Shown piece by piece: positions 28,147 through 40,193 of a stretch of 64,000 bases of DNA. Positions within the stretch are counted from its first letter, which is position 1. Each line of letters begins with the position of its first letter. The position numbers were made by a program, and so were the translations under genes. The DNA is from Macrostomum lignano (Eukaryota). The notes beneath the pieces are model-generated. The model searched no databases. It had not been told where the DNA came from and worked only from the letters and a program-made list of their open reading frames with translations. Where the stretch lies: the NCBI GenBank assembly GCA_002269645.1, contig NIVC01000110.1, positions 434,001-498,000 of the forward strand, in the 5' to 3' direction.

Positions 28147-31100
28147 TCAATAAACATCGACAATTTCATCTGGGCACCCACACTGCACATCCATTTGTTG
28201 GTCCTCGAAATCGGCGCCAGTCCCCGTGCGCTCGGCGCCGTTTCCGGCGGTGGCGACAGCGGCGGCGGCACGCATGCCGGCCAGGATGAAATGGCGACTG
28301 GCAAGGAGAGCTTCGGCTGCAACCTGGCACGGGCGGGTGCATTGTTACATGTAAGTTGATGTGTAGCAATTAATTGCTTAGAAAATCATAGTTTAAAATA
28401 ACTAATGTGGTTGCAAAGTCTCTCAGCCAATCAGCATGCGACCCAGGAATAAGGGGGCTGGACTGTCAGTTAAGTCTCTCAGCCAATCAGCACGCGACCC
28501 GGGAATGGAGGGTTGGACTGACAGAAAAGTCCCTCAGCCAAACAGCACGCGACCCTGGAATTAGGAGTAACCGACACAAAGGGTGGATTCGAAATTACAT
28601 TACCCTCGATGGGATTTAGCTACCGTAGAAATCAGGATCCCTTTTACCCTCAGCTTTCGCTTGGCGTTGAACTCTTTCAGGGCGTTCTGCGCCGGCTCCA
28701 GATGCTCCTCCTTCGTAGCCAGGCCGACTACCCAGGGATGACGGAGGGCCTGAGCGGCCGTGAGGCGTTTCCGCGGATCGATAGTCAGCAGGCGGCAGAC
28801 AAAATCCTTGGCATTCTTGGAGATGTCTGACCACCACTGCGGATCGAAGTCGAAGTCGGCGCGAAGGATCGCCCGGTACATCTGGCGCTCGTCGTTAGAG
28901 TAAAATGGCTCGTAGCCACAGAGCCTGGTTGTGCGAAGAAAAAGGACAATAATTATCTGTATATGCCACTAACATAGCAGCTACGCATAATCGACACGCT
29001 TAATTTGCGTCCATCACGCTTGGAAGCACTGAATAAACGTGTCCTCTTCAATGCCCTCTGAGCGTTTTGGTCACTGACACCTGAATGTCAACCTTGCGAG
29101 ACAAAAATGAATCCCCTTGAGCACTGCCTTCAGACGAGGGAATGATCACGAGTTCTTAGAACGGATCATCTCACATATGGTTCTTTCATTTTGACCACTG
29201 AAACAAAATGACGTCGTGTCAGCATGTCAAACTCAAGGGTCAAGGTCACGTTGATCGTTGTTTGCACTCCAAATTAAGTACATGTGTCAGAGAAGCAGAT
29301 TACCACTAAGGATCATCCACCGTATTCATTGGATCTGGTAACCCATCGATTTATAGTTATACCCTCGCCTGAAGTCTGGTGCTCAAGAGGGATCCATTTT
29401 GCCCCGGTAGATGACATTCAAGCGTCATTGACCAGTAACCTTTAAACACGAACTGAGGGCTCTGAATTTCTCACTGTCAGGCAGTGCATCTACTGTACGT
29501 TGGCCCTTATGGACATGAATCAACCGAAAACGTGTCAAGTCAAAGCAACCCGCGTTGCTGTTCCGCCCACTGAGCAGAAAAAATGACTCAGACTCACAGG
29601 ATGAAGGTGACAACTCCAACGGACCACATATCCACGGCGGTGTCGTAGGACTGGCCAAGCAGCAGCTCTGGCGCGCAGTAGCCGGGCGTGCCGCAGACAG
29701 TCTGCGTCTGCACATCGGCGCTGCAGATCTTGCTCAGGCCGAAGTCGGCTGTTCAGGTTGTGGGTGAGTTTTTTAAAGTCTTTGAGCTCGTGTTTTTTGG
29801 CTTGCTGAGTAAATGTGGTGGCGATTGGGGAGGTTACCGGAAACGTAAATGGAGGCAAGCCGACAGGCAACAGCGGAGACAACGGGCGGACGAAAATACG
29901 CTCTTAGTAGCCTATCGGGGCCCAGCGCAGCGCTCGGATGTGCCAGAGGCCCAGGCTCGATTCCAAGTGCAGTCAACATTAATTTGGGGCTGAATTGGAA
30001 TCTCGGCTTGGTTCTGCTCGTGCAATTAATGCCCAGCTTGAGTGCCGACCCCCCCCCCTCCCCCAAGGCACAGTGAAGTGTACATGCCAACTAACGATAA
30101 ATAAAGTCAGGGCCGCTGTACACTCCTGTGTGTGTGAGTGTGTGCCTGTGCGTATGACTGCGTACGTATCCCTGCGCTGGTGCGCCTGCTCAGGGGAGTC
30201 GGCGGAATAGGCAGCAATGCCTCTCGCCGGTTGTGTTGACAATGTCGCTTAAAGTGCGCCTGCTGGTGCACACAGCCCCCTGTCTCTGCCTAAAAAAGAG
30301 AGAACAAAAACACAAGGGGACAACAGGGGTGACAACAGAGAAGATTGCAAAGAAGACTAGTGGAGAGAAAACAGAGATAAAAATAGGAAGGGAAGCCGAT
30401 GGTCACCCAAGAGTCAGTTGATGGAGCGTACCAATCTTAATCTTGGCCTCGTCGCTTTCATTTTCGTAGAGAAGATTCTCCGGCTGAAATTCCAAATTAA
30501 CCATAGAAATATGTTTTCTAAATTGATTAGTCAAAAGTTATAAAATTGCATGCTAGAGACAGCAATTAATTACCTTGATATCGCGATGAATAACGTCCAT
30601 CTCGTGAAGGTGCTTCAGGCCCTCCAGCACCTGCCTGACGCATTCGGCAGCATCCATCTCGCTGTAGTAAGTGCGCAAAACGATTCTGAAGAGAGGGAGA
30701 CAAAATGCTTGTTTTTCTTAACGCTTAAATAGGAATTTCACGCATTGAAACAAACAAGTAAAGTTCCGTGACTGAACCTATCAAACAGTTCTCCTCCGGT
30801 GACCATCTCGAGAACCATGTAGATCTCTTTGCGAGTTTCGTAAACTTCTTTGAGTCGAATCTGTTAAATAAAGTTTTTTAATAACATATATCAGACACTA
30901 ATGCATTTACCGTGAATTTTATAACTGTATAATATGCGAAACTATACTTACAATGTGCTCATGATTAACGTGAAGCAGGACTCCGATCTCCGCCGTGACA
31001 AACTTTCGTGTAGTCTAAAAATGGATCGGTTCTTGGATAGGATATCGCATCGGTTTGTTTGGACAGCTACCTGAAAAATGAATAAAATCGCACGTGCTCA

Positions 31101-31895
31101 CCCTTTTCGGAAGAACCTTCACAGCCCAAATGTCTGAAGAGCCATGCTTTCGGCATTCGTACACTACAGCCGTGGCGCCCCTGCGGATTTATTCAAAATT
31201 ATTGATTTGATTTATTGATTTATTGCTTAATGTCAATATTCGTGTTAACACTTTCATTTAAAAAAATAATATTTATTGCAAGAAAGTATTGTAAAACAAT
31301 TAATTTATTATGTTAGTAAAGACATATAGCTATTTATTTAGTTGCTAAATATGATAAGTTAACTGCTGGAAATATTATTACACAATTTTTAATATTCTAG
31401 ACATTATATATTTTCTTGAGGCCCGAATTTGGTTGTAAAAATAATTAAAAAGACATAGAATGTTATAATACTAAAACTTCTTCATATAAGTCTTCAACTT
31501 TGACTAATTATTTACATATTTATAAGTTTGTCATTACATTACTACTGGGTGGCACTTATCTCATGATCAAACAAAAGAAAGTTCAAAAACTTGAAAAGAA
31601 AATACAATTTTATTACGAGATACAAAAAGGCTATAATAAATGTGGTTTTTACTGGATTCTAACTTATGAGTAGGGTCCTAAGTAGCTGTCTTGGTGGACA
31701 TTATTAGTAAAATTTATATACTCGAAGTGAAAACTGGATTTCACTTAACAGATACTGAGCTTACTTTCTGTTCTCTAACAGTAAAAAATTCGAGCATGAC
31801 AACACAGCTTACCTCCCGATTTCTCTGCCTAGTTCATAGACAGACTCAAAAGGAATGACTTTTTCGCTTTGGTCCACCCAGAATTCGCTAGACAT
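28147..31895 (-). CDS. CAMK4: Calcium/calmodulin-dependent protein kinase IV-like, complete, 9 exons, 358 aa
   Basis: Exons (minus): 31895-31813, 31180-31102, 31014-30952, 30860-30778, 30685-30574, 30483-30432, 29748-29598, 28924-28648, 28323-28147; total 1077 nt, all phases match. Motifs: [62 protein letters not shown], and the CaM-binding [11 protein letters not shown] typical of CaMKIV. Confidence 0.95.
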
Positions 31896-33129
31896 GGCGC
31901 TTTTGTAAAATAGAGTTATATAACTAACTATAGTCTATAGCTCCACCAGTAGCGAAACACCCATTATCTTTCGAAGTTAAAAGACCGATATTTACAATAG
32001 CAATATATATTATTGCTTTATTAAAACAATTAAGCTGTATCAAATGAATGTGTTTTTGGTGTTTAGTTCTTTAGTTATATCTTAGTTTATGCTCAAAAAT
32101 ATTAAAACAATAAAATTTGTTTTAACTAGCCTGTAATCAAAGATACATTTAACGTGCGTGCACTGTACAATGTCTTAGGGATTCAATAGAAGGAACACTT
32201 TTGACCTTTGGATGGCCTGTGTAACAGAGGCAATTATTTATTATGTACATGTTTTACACTCGTAATAATTTAACTCGAAGCCTGCATCAGCATACCAAAG
32301 CTCAATTATGAAAATTTAGAAACGATTTTTTTCCTAATTCCAACAATTTACCAGCTAGAAGATGATGTTATAATAGATGGATAAATACGCAGATTAACTA
32401 TATAAACGATATAAGTTGTGCAAAATAGTATGTTTGGAAGTGGATGCGCAACTGTACTGTGCGTGTACACTAAAAAGCTTAATTTTTTGCCTTTAATTTT
32501 CTAAGAATTTTTACGGCTTGAAAAAGCTAGTCGGGAGGGTGCGATTTTTGAAGCTTTGGCCAAATGCATAACTCTGCCATTATAGCGGTGCCCATCACTG
32601 GAATTAATATATTAAATTGTTGAAATGCGGCGTGTCACGCTTGTGGTTTTAGACAGTAAAGATCTTAAAGATTTAGTGCGATATTGTGCGAATGAAACTT
32701 TTCTATACTAGGTACATGTTACGAGATGCATAATACAATTAGATTGATATGGTAAAAAAGCTTTAGTAAAAGGAAATAAATCCCAATTAGTAATATATTT
32801 ACAAAAGGCCATTAAACATTTTGATATGCATAAAATGACGATGGGGATGTCAATATAGCACCAGAATGGAGCCCGAAGTTCAGCTCCGGACCACACCGAC
32901 TGCAATCGATAACTTGTCGGCCCAGACGACTAGAATCGCCGAGACATCCCATCCCAGGCCCTGACTTAGGGTCCCAGGGGATAAAGGGGATAAAATGGGA
33001 TCTGTCAACTTAAGACTCTAGAATGGAGCTCAAAGCAAGGCTCTGGATGCTTTATTTAACGAAATGAAACAGTATGGTTTAAACATACTCGCAGATGATC
33101 CCATGGGTCTCTTTATTTTTGCAGCGGGG

Positions 33130-33883
33130 CTACTAAGGTAATAAAAGATTGCTCATGAACGAATGGATTGTAGTTTCTTTGAACTCTCATGTCGTCCAGC
33201 TTATTCCATACTCCATATATTTCAGGACAAAAAATGTATTGTGCCCTTCTAAGGGCGTACTACCGTAATGGGACACTGTGAATATGAGACATCCCAATCT
33301 GGAGATGTTACCTGCTCGGCTTGTCCAACAGACTTGCGTATTCAGTTTTGACCATCGATTCCAATGCGATCTATATGCATCAGGGTCACTCTGCCGTTAG
33401 AGACCTGAACCTCCTGCACACTATCAGCTGCACAGTTGGTGTTGGTGCATAGGACGTGCTTTGGTGCCGTAAAAGCAGCGTAGAGACCGTCTAGAGTTGA
33501 CGGTGCGGTTGAAAACTCCTGCAAGGAGATGCTGAGGATACGATTATCCAGAACTCCTATGGGCAGCTCATCGCTACCGCACGTACGAGTGTAAATTCGC
33601 TTAGGCAATGACGCTGCAGCTGCAAATCTGGCAGAATGCACTGCAGCAGCTCGTTCATGCAGTGTTGCTGACTTGGCGCAAACTGCTGCGGATATCGGCT
33701 TCGGATAGCTTCGACAAGTTGATCTACGCTTGCTGATCCAGTCGCCATAGACGTCATCAGGTTTGTCATTGCGGTGTTCACTGCCCCACCTCTGACCGGC
33801 TGAAAGAGCTAGACTTTGCTGCTGATGCAGTGAAACAGTGCAACAACCGTTGCGTAGCACTGCTGACCATGGCTTTGAAGACC
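33130..33883 (-). pseudogene. Decayed ubiquitin-specific protease (peptidase C19)-like domain, intronless, with stops and frameshifts
   Basis: In order on the minus strand: Cys box GLQSHGQQCYATVVALFHC (Cys codon 33857-33859), in-frame TAG at 33809-33811, QQ box FAPSQQHCMNELLQCIL in the same frame; after a frameshift RILSISL, CTNTNC...VTLMHIDRI (LxIHLKRF-like); later a GH and a YGVWNKLDDMRV (WxxFDDxxV-like) in further frames. Confidence 0.6.
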
Positions 33884-34406
33884 AAAGACTCTTGAAGACT
33901 GAGGCTTGGATCGTGAGCTGCTGCTGGCTGACTGAAACTCCTCTCGCTGGCCCCTAAACTGTTGCTCAGTAGGCTTCCGCTGCTGTGGTAAAGCGTTTTC
34001 TCTGGCATTAAGTCTGGCAACAAGGCTGCGTGGAAGAGCGAAATCAACAAAGCGAAGGCCGGCACAAAACCTTCGATAGCTACATGTATCTTGGTGGTAA
34101 AGCGTAGCAGCCCAGGAGTTTGAGCACTGCCATTACGCTCGTACATGACAATCGCAGCCTGCAGTCCTACTTCCTGCTTTTGCTGACGAGCAGTAGCCAT
34201 GAAGAAGTTGCAATCCTGGATCTCTAAAACCAAAGCGATTGTCCGCTGCTGTCACACATTTAAAAATTCCGCGGTAGGATTTCGAATTATGGCGCGAGAA
34301 AACGACAGCTAGAAAAATCCAAGACAGATGCCACCGACCGAATCAGTTGCTCCAGTTTTCTAGCTGCGTCTCTTGTCGAAACTTCCAACACTTCAGGTGG
34401 CTCGGA

Positions 34407-34664
34407 CAGTGGCGGATCCAGAGTTTCATTTTGGGGGGAGGGCGGTCCAAGTTTGGGGCGCCAACACGAGTGTAAGGGGCGGCAATTTTTAAGCTAGGGA
34501 GCGCAAAAAATGCGCGTAGGGGGCGAAAAATCAAGCTTAGGGGCGCTAAAAAGGCGTTTGGGGGGGCGAAAAATCAAGCTTAGGGGCGCAAATTTAGGTT
34601 TTTTGGGGGGCGCAATATATTCGGTTAAGCTATTTGGGGGGGGGCCACCCTAAATCCGCCTCTG
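34407..34664. mobile_element. hAT-type MITE (258 bp)
   Basis: Termini CAGTGGCGGATCC ... AATCCGCCTCTG; perfect 8-bp TSD GGCTCGGA at 34399-34406 and 34665-34672. Confidence 0.85.
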
Positions 34665-35536
34665 GGCTCGGAAGTTCAGATGTGAGCGACTCAAAGTCTC
34701 TCCAGGAGTTACCTTCGTAGCTACCTAGAACCTCTTTGACACGAATTTTTTGAATGTAATAATCGCTTGATTTAGTTGATACGGACCCACCGAAACATCT
34801 ATCAGATTCTCTGTGTGAATTCGGGAGAACCCCGAGCTTTTTGGATCCAGCGGGTTGACGGCATTCCATGCCGTTGTGTTAGCAGGGGGACACGCGTCAG
34901 ATCACTTTATACACTGAGACCCCAAGGAAGGGACCCGGATGGGATGTCTCGGTGATTCTAGTCACCTGGTCCGACCGGTTATCGATTCCAGTCGGTTTGG
35001 TCCTGAGCCTTGCTTTGGGCTCCATTCCAGAGCCTTAAGTTGACATGAGATCCCCATTTTATCCTCTTTATCCCCTGGGACCCCAGGTCAGGGCCTGGGA
35101 TGAGATGTCTCGGCGATTCTAGTCGTCTGGGCCGACAAGTTATCGATTGCAGTCGGTTTGGTCCGGAGCTGAACTTCGGTCTCCATTCCGGTGCTTAAGT
35201 TGACATCCCCTTTAATATACATTTAATATAAAAGCAATGTCCTTATTTGGTTGCAGCAAATGACGTATTGACCAGTGCAGATATTTATAATGTACATGCA
35301 CATGTATGTAAATGTGTCGAACTAAACGACCACAAAAAAGACCGTCTATAAAAACTGACAAAATCGAAAAATTAAATACGAGGGTACAACAAAAATATCC
35401 AGCCTTACTAAATTATACTGAACCTTTAGCTAATGTTCTTACTAGTAGTAAAATACGAGCTATAAGGTAATATATTAAAAAGAATGATTTTTTCATGTAC
35501 GAGACTGTATGTGATGTACTATAATACTAAGCCAAT

Positions 35537-35745
35537 CAGCGGCAAATTTAAGGCCGGAGGCGGGGCTGGGCAGCCGCCCCAAAAAATTGACAGAATTGAC
35601 AGGTGCCTAATAATCTTGATTTTAATTCGCCCCAAACGCATTCTTTGCGCCCCTAGCTTAAAAATTGGCGCCCCTTATACTTGTGTTGGCGCCCCAAACT
35701 TGGACCGCGCCCCCCTCCCTAAATGAAATTCTAGATCGGCCACTA
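35537..35745. mobile_element. Second copy of the same hAT-type MITE family, opposite orientation
   Basis: Shares ttggcgccccaaacttggaccgc...aaatgaaa.tct.gatc.gccact with the reverse complement of 34407-34500; TSD AAGCCAAT/AAGCCTAT (7 of 8 match). Confidence 0.78.
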
Positions 35746-35761
35746 AAGCCTATAGTTTTGT

Positions 35762-36552
35762 TGTGATGGGGCTCAAGGACTCGGTCCTTTCGTGCCCCTT
35801 TTCCAGACCCGGGTTCGCGCACTGACCCTGGCTGCGGTCCTCCACTGACACGCGTACGACGCGGTGTCCGTCGGGACTAGGCTGCTCGAGCGTACGACGC
35901 ACGACAGCCTACAGACTCGCGTACGATGCAGAGCTGCTTGAGTTGGGACCGGCGTACGACGCACTTAATCCCTCTTAGGTGCCTAGTACAGAGGCAGACC
36001 CAAATGACTTGCGAATTGGAAGGCTTCCAGCCGCGATTTCGGTCGTACAACTCGGGAACAGCGCCGACAGAGCAGTGGGAGTATCGATATTCTTTAATTG
36101 AATTTGTAGGACAATTCGGACACTTAATAGCAACCAACGCTGGCAAAGTCACCGGAGAGTCACGAAGACGACAGGAATGGGGTCTCACGGGGGTCCGAAT
36201 AAATAGGCAGCAAACTAGGGGTTGAGGGCGCGGGATAAAGGCAGAAAAGGGGGCTTAGACATCAGCATGCGACACACATGAGCCGTACCAGCCAATCGCC
36301 GGGGCGCAGCACGGCAGACTGGGACTGGCAGCCAATCACGACCTACAGGGGCGGGGCGGCTAGGCTAACAAAATAAAGGGGCGGGGTCGCACGCAAAGAA
36401 TGGGGGTTGAATAACAGACGAGGCTTAGGCAGAGAGGGGGGAGGTACGCACGCGCAGAAGTGAAGGGGGGTGAGTCAGAAAATATCTGAGGAGGGGGGGA
36501 GAGGCCGGCCAGACTGGCCCGGCGTAGAATAGTGCACTCAACTCAAGTTACA
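35762..36552 (-). mobile_element. Possible solo LTR of an unrelated retroelement
   Basis: TG...CA ends (tgtgatgg...aagttaca), GC-rich island with CCAAT and GGGGCGGGG boxes in an AT-rich context. No TSD recognised. Confidence 0.35.
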
Positions 36553-36686
36553 ATAACACATTCATGACAGTTTTTTGTCACTACACAACAGAGGCCTATT
36601 ACGTACGCTACATTGTTCATTCCCCTAGCAATTATAATGAGAAACCACCAGGTACACGTCCTTAGGCCATGTAGTAACCGTAGTGT

Positions 36687-37054
36687 TCAGTTGGCGTTTT
36701 CGCTCTCAGGCACAATGGGTAGGGATGTTTCGTCCGCTTGGCCTTCAGCTTCTTCTACCGGCTGGTTCGTACTTCGACAAAAAATGTTACGACGAATGGC
36801 CATAGCTGCTAGTGCGATCAGGGCTACTATGAGTAAAGTGCACATCAAACCAAAAACCCATTTAGGTAGAGTAATGGTGTTGCCTGCCGGTATCTGGTGT
36901 ACAACAGATTGAGTTGGTTTCGGTGTAGTGAAGCTGTAGTAGGCTGTAGACCCCGGATCATCTGTGGTCTCTGATGGTCCAGCCATATCGCTATAGTTTC
37001 TCTGGCTGGATGCTGGCTGACCAACCAGTAGTGCCAGCATCAGCGCGGCAACGA
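36687..37054 (-). CDS. Small type I single-pass membrane protein (S/T/P-rich ectodomain); N-terminal exon/start uncertain
   Basis: Hydrophobic N-terminal stretch (WFVAALMLALLVG), S/T-rich linker, TM WVFGLMCTLLIVALIALAAMAI followed by RR, acidic tail; acceptor-like ttttttgcctaattcAG upstream. Confidence 0.5.
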
Positions 37055-37443
37055 ACCAGTGCTGAATTAGGCAAAAAATGATATGAATATACACTTTGTA
37101 ATTACTGCCACTGCAGTCAACTAAACAGCAATGAAAGCATTAACTCTGCTTTATCTGATTACACATTAGGCTCAAATTGCTTATTGAAAAGTTAAGAGTA
37201 GAGAGGTTTGATTTAAGTTTATCTACCTATCTCTGAGTGGGCGCCCCGTCTCATTGTTGTGTCGGAGTGAGTCGGAATAGGTTTTTCAGGTTTGACAGAT
37301 AAAAGTGCATACGATTGTATATTTGAATCCGGCTCGTAGCCGTAAGAAAATGCGCAGTCTTGTTTTAGAGAAAGTAACAGAGTTAGTGAGCTGCAAGAGT
37401 CAAAATAAAATAGCTCGTATTCAATACCATAGACATCACACTC

Positions 37444-38999
37444 ATGGTGGGTGCCCCTGTCTCTTGGTGCAGGGTGCCCCTGTCTCTTGGTGGGTGCCCC
37501 TGTCTCTTGGTGCAGGGTGCCCCTGTCTCTTGGTGGGTGCCCCTGTCTCTTGGTGCAGGGTGCCCCTGTCTCTTGGTGGGTGCCCCTGTCTCTTGGTGCA
37601 GGGTGCCCCTGTCTCTTGGTGGGTGCCCCTGTCTCTTGGTGCAGGGTGCCCCTGTCTCTTGGTGGGTGCCCCTGTCTCTTGGTGCAGGGTGCCCCTGTCT
37701 CTTGGTGCAGGGTGCCCCTGTCTCTTGGTGGGCGCCCCTGTCTTTTGGTGGGTGCCCCTGTCTCTTGGTGGGTGCCCCTGTCTCTTGGTGGGCGCCCGTG
37801 TCTCTTGGTGGGCGCCCCTGTCTCTTGGTGCAGGGTGCCCCTGTCTCTTGGTGCAGGGTGCCCCTGTCTCTTGGTGCAGGGTGCCCCTGTCGCTTGGTTG
37901 GCGCCCCTGTCTCTTGGTGGGCGCCCGTGTCTCTTGGTGGGCGCCCCTGTCTCTTGGTGGGTGCCCCTGTCTCTTGGTGGGTGCCCCTGTCTCTTGGTGG
38001 GCGCCCGTGTCTCTTGGTGGGCGCCCCTGTCTCTTGGTGGGCGCCCCTGTCTCTTAAGTGGGCGCCCCTGTCTCTTGGGTGGGCACCTTGTCTCTTGGTG
38101 GGCGCCCTGTCTCTTGGGTGGGCACCTTGTCTCTTGGTGGGCACCCCTGTCTCTTGGTGGGCGCCCCTGTCTCTTGGTGGGCGCCCCTGTCTCTTAAGTG
38201 GGCGCCCCTGTCTCTTGGGTGGGCACCTTGTCTCTTGGTGGGCGCCCTGTCTCTTGGGTGGGCACCTTGTCTCTTGGTGGGCACCCCTGTCTCTTGGTGG
38301 GCGCCCCTGTCTCTTGGTGGGCGCCCCTGTCTCTTGGTGGGCGCCCCTGTCTCTTAAGTGGGCGCCCCTGTCTCTTGGGTGGGCGCCCCTGTCTCTTGGG
38401 TGGGCACCTTGTCTCTTGGTGGGCACCCCTGTCTCTTGGTGGGCGCCCCTGTCTCTTGGTGGGCGCCCCTGTCTCTTAAGTGGGCGCCCCTGTCTCTTGG
38501 GTGGGCACCTTGTCTCTTGGTGGGCGCCCTGTCTCTTGGGTGGGCACCTTGTCTCTTGGTGGGCACCCTGTCTCTTGGTGGGCGCCCCTGTCTCTTGGTG
38601 GGTGCCCCTGTCTCTTGGTGGGCGCCCCTGTCTCTTAAGTGGGCGCCCCTGTCTCTTGGGTGGGCACCTTGTCTCTTGGTGGGCGCCCTGTCTCTTGGGT
38701 GGGCACCTTGTCTCTTGGTGGGCACCCCTGTCTCTTGGTGGGCGCCCCTGTCTCTTGGTGGGCGCCCCTGTCTCTTAAGTGGGCGCCCCTGTCTCTTGGG
38801 TGGGCACCTTGTCTCTTGGTGGGCACCCCTGTCTCTTGGTGGGCGCCCCTGTCTCTTGGTGGGCGCCCCTGTCTCTTGGTGGGCGCCCCTGTCTCTTAAG
38901 TGGGCGCCCCTGTCTCTTGGGTGGGCACCTTGTCTCTTGGTGGGCACCCCTGTCTCTTGGTGGGCGCCCCTGTCTCTTGGTGGGCGCCCCTGTCTCTTG
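37444..38999. repeat. GC-rich 20-23-bp minisatellite (ggtgggcgcccctgtctctt), left arm
   Basis: Direct reading; resumes at 58828 after the retrotransposon. Confidence 0.97.
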
Positions 39000-40181
39000 T
39001 GTGATAAATAGGCAATTAGATAATAGCATGCACGGTGAGCAATTATTTAGGCCCTAGACAAACCTACTTGGAGCGTTCGGAGATTTTAAAGCTATTAATC
39101 CTAATCGCCTATCGCCGGTCGGCGAGTCCTACCAGTCTTTCTCCAATAGCCGCAGGTACAGTACAAGAAAATAAAGAACACGAGGGAACACGAACCGAAA
39201 GATTTAGAGAGTGATAATCCTATTTCAAGAATAACTAACTTGATTGACGGTTTAATTTGATTAGCTGAGTTACAATATTTGACAAACGGCGCAGATAACT
39301 AGAGTTGACAAAACGACAACAACGGTTAATAAATAATGATTATATACGCACTGACAAGCGGATCTCAGCTGAAGAAGAAGGAGGAGAAGGCACCGAACAC
39401 AGGACCACGGAGAAAGACTCCTAACCCCTGGCCTAAGCCAGAACCTACACTCAAACGAGAGCCCTGCCGAACCGACCGTTCAACGGAGTACCGACTAAAT
39501 TCTATCGGCACTGCCCTTCAGTGTAACACTGAGGCCCTCGGGGTCGAGGCCGCGTACTTGATCAGATCCGACAGTCTCTATCTAACCGCGCTTGATAGCG
39601 ACGACTTCAGACAGAAATTTGCCGTAGACGTTACGCCACAAGACTAAGCGGTTGGGCGGGAACAAAGAAATGGACCGGGGGTGATGAATTCAGGCGCCTC
39701 AAAGCGCGAACCAACAAGAGAAGGGAAAACGGCCACCGGCCGGGAACTGGACAAGACAAACCGGGGAAAAGGAGCAAGCGAGATCCGATTGCCAAAACAC
39801 ACTCTCATATATAGTCAGAGTCACAACCCCTCAAAACCCCCTCAAGCCGGGTGGTGGTCGTCTGGCCGGCCGCTTGCTTAAGCCGAATCGCACTGTGCCC
39901 GCGGCGCCGGGTAAAATTGAAACTTGCCGCGTGCCAGGGTCCAGGCCGGTTCTGATTGGCTGACCGCGCAAAGCTGGGGTTCGCAGACAAACTCAACCCT
40001 CCGCTGAGTCACAAAATGCGTCTGACTTCTAACCTGTTTACGCAAAATTGATTCCAACTAACAAGGAAAAAGTACACCAAAAACGTATGACTAAACTAAA
40101 GCAAAATAACAATTCAATAACAATATAGAAACTAATGCAGTCAATTTACAACAAAATATACGCAAAGATGCTCACACTACA
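39000..40181 (-). repeat. LTR (3' LTR of copy A), 1182 bp
   Basis: tgtgataaatagg...cacactaca; on the minus strand CCAAT at about 39955 and TATATA at about 39810. Confidence 0.96.
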
Positions 40182-40193
40182 CTTCCCCCTCCT
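40182..40193 (-). promoter_or_regulatory. Polypurine tract (AGGAGGGGGAAG) of copy A; copy B at 49503-49514
   Basis: Purine run immediately 5' of the 3' LTR on the element strand. Confidence 0.88.

Larger units (their letters stand above)
32843..35210. mobile_element. Segment bounded by about 200-bp imperfect inverted repeats (32843-~33045 vs ~35005-35210) built from a ~160-bp subrepeat; foldback/DNA-transposon-like
   Basis: Left end ggggatgtcaa...gaagttcagctccggacc...ttgtcggcccagacgactagaatcgccgagacatc is the reverse complement of the right end ...gatgtctcggcgattctagtcgtctgggccgacaa...ggtccggagctgaacttc...ttgacatcccc. An extra degenerate subunit lies at about 34940-35000. No TSD found. Confidence 0.6.

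Noticed and set aside
29905-29975. Possible tRNA-derived SINE head (tagcctatcgg ... ggctcgattcc) in a CaMKIV intron
   Set aside because: A- and B-box matches are imperfect, there is no second copy in the window, and no TSD or tail was seen.
33778-34233. 151-aa ORF read as a standalone gene
   Set aside because: No motifs in that frame; the informative USP-like Cys box lies in an overlapping frame.
37305-39057. Long GAPVSWW/PTKRQG repeat ORFs (also 58781-59666)
   Set aside because: Translations of the 20-23-bp GC-rich minisatellite, whose unit lengths are not multiples of 3.
39336-39881. Short plus-strand ORFs in each LTR (103 aa and 66 aa)
   Set aside because: Antisense to the element, no recognisable motifs; repeated only because the LTR is repeated.
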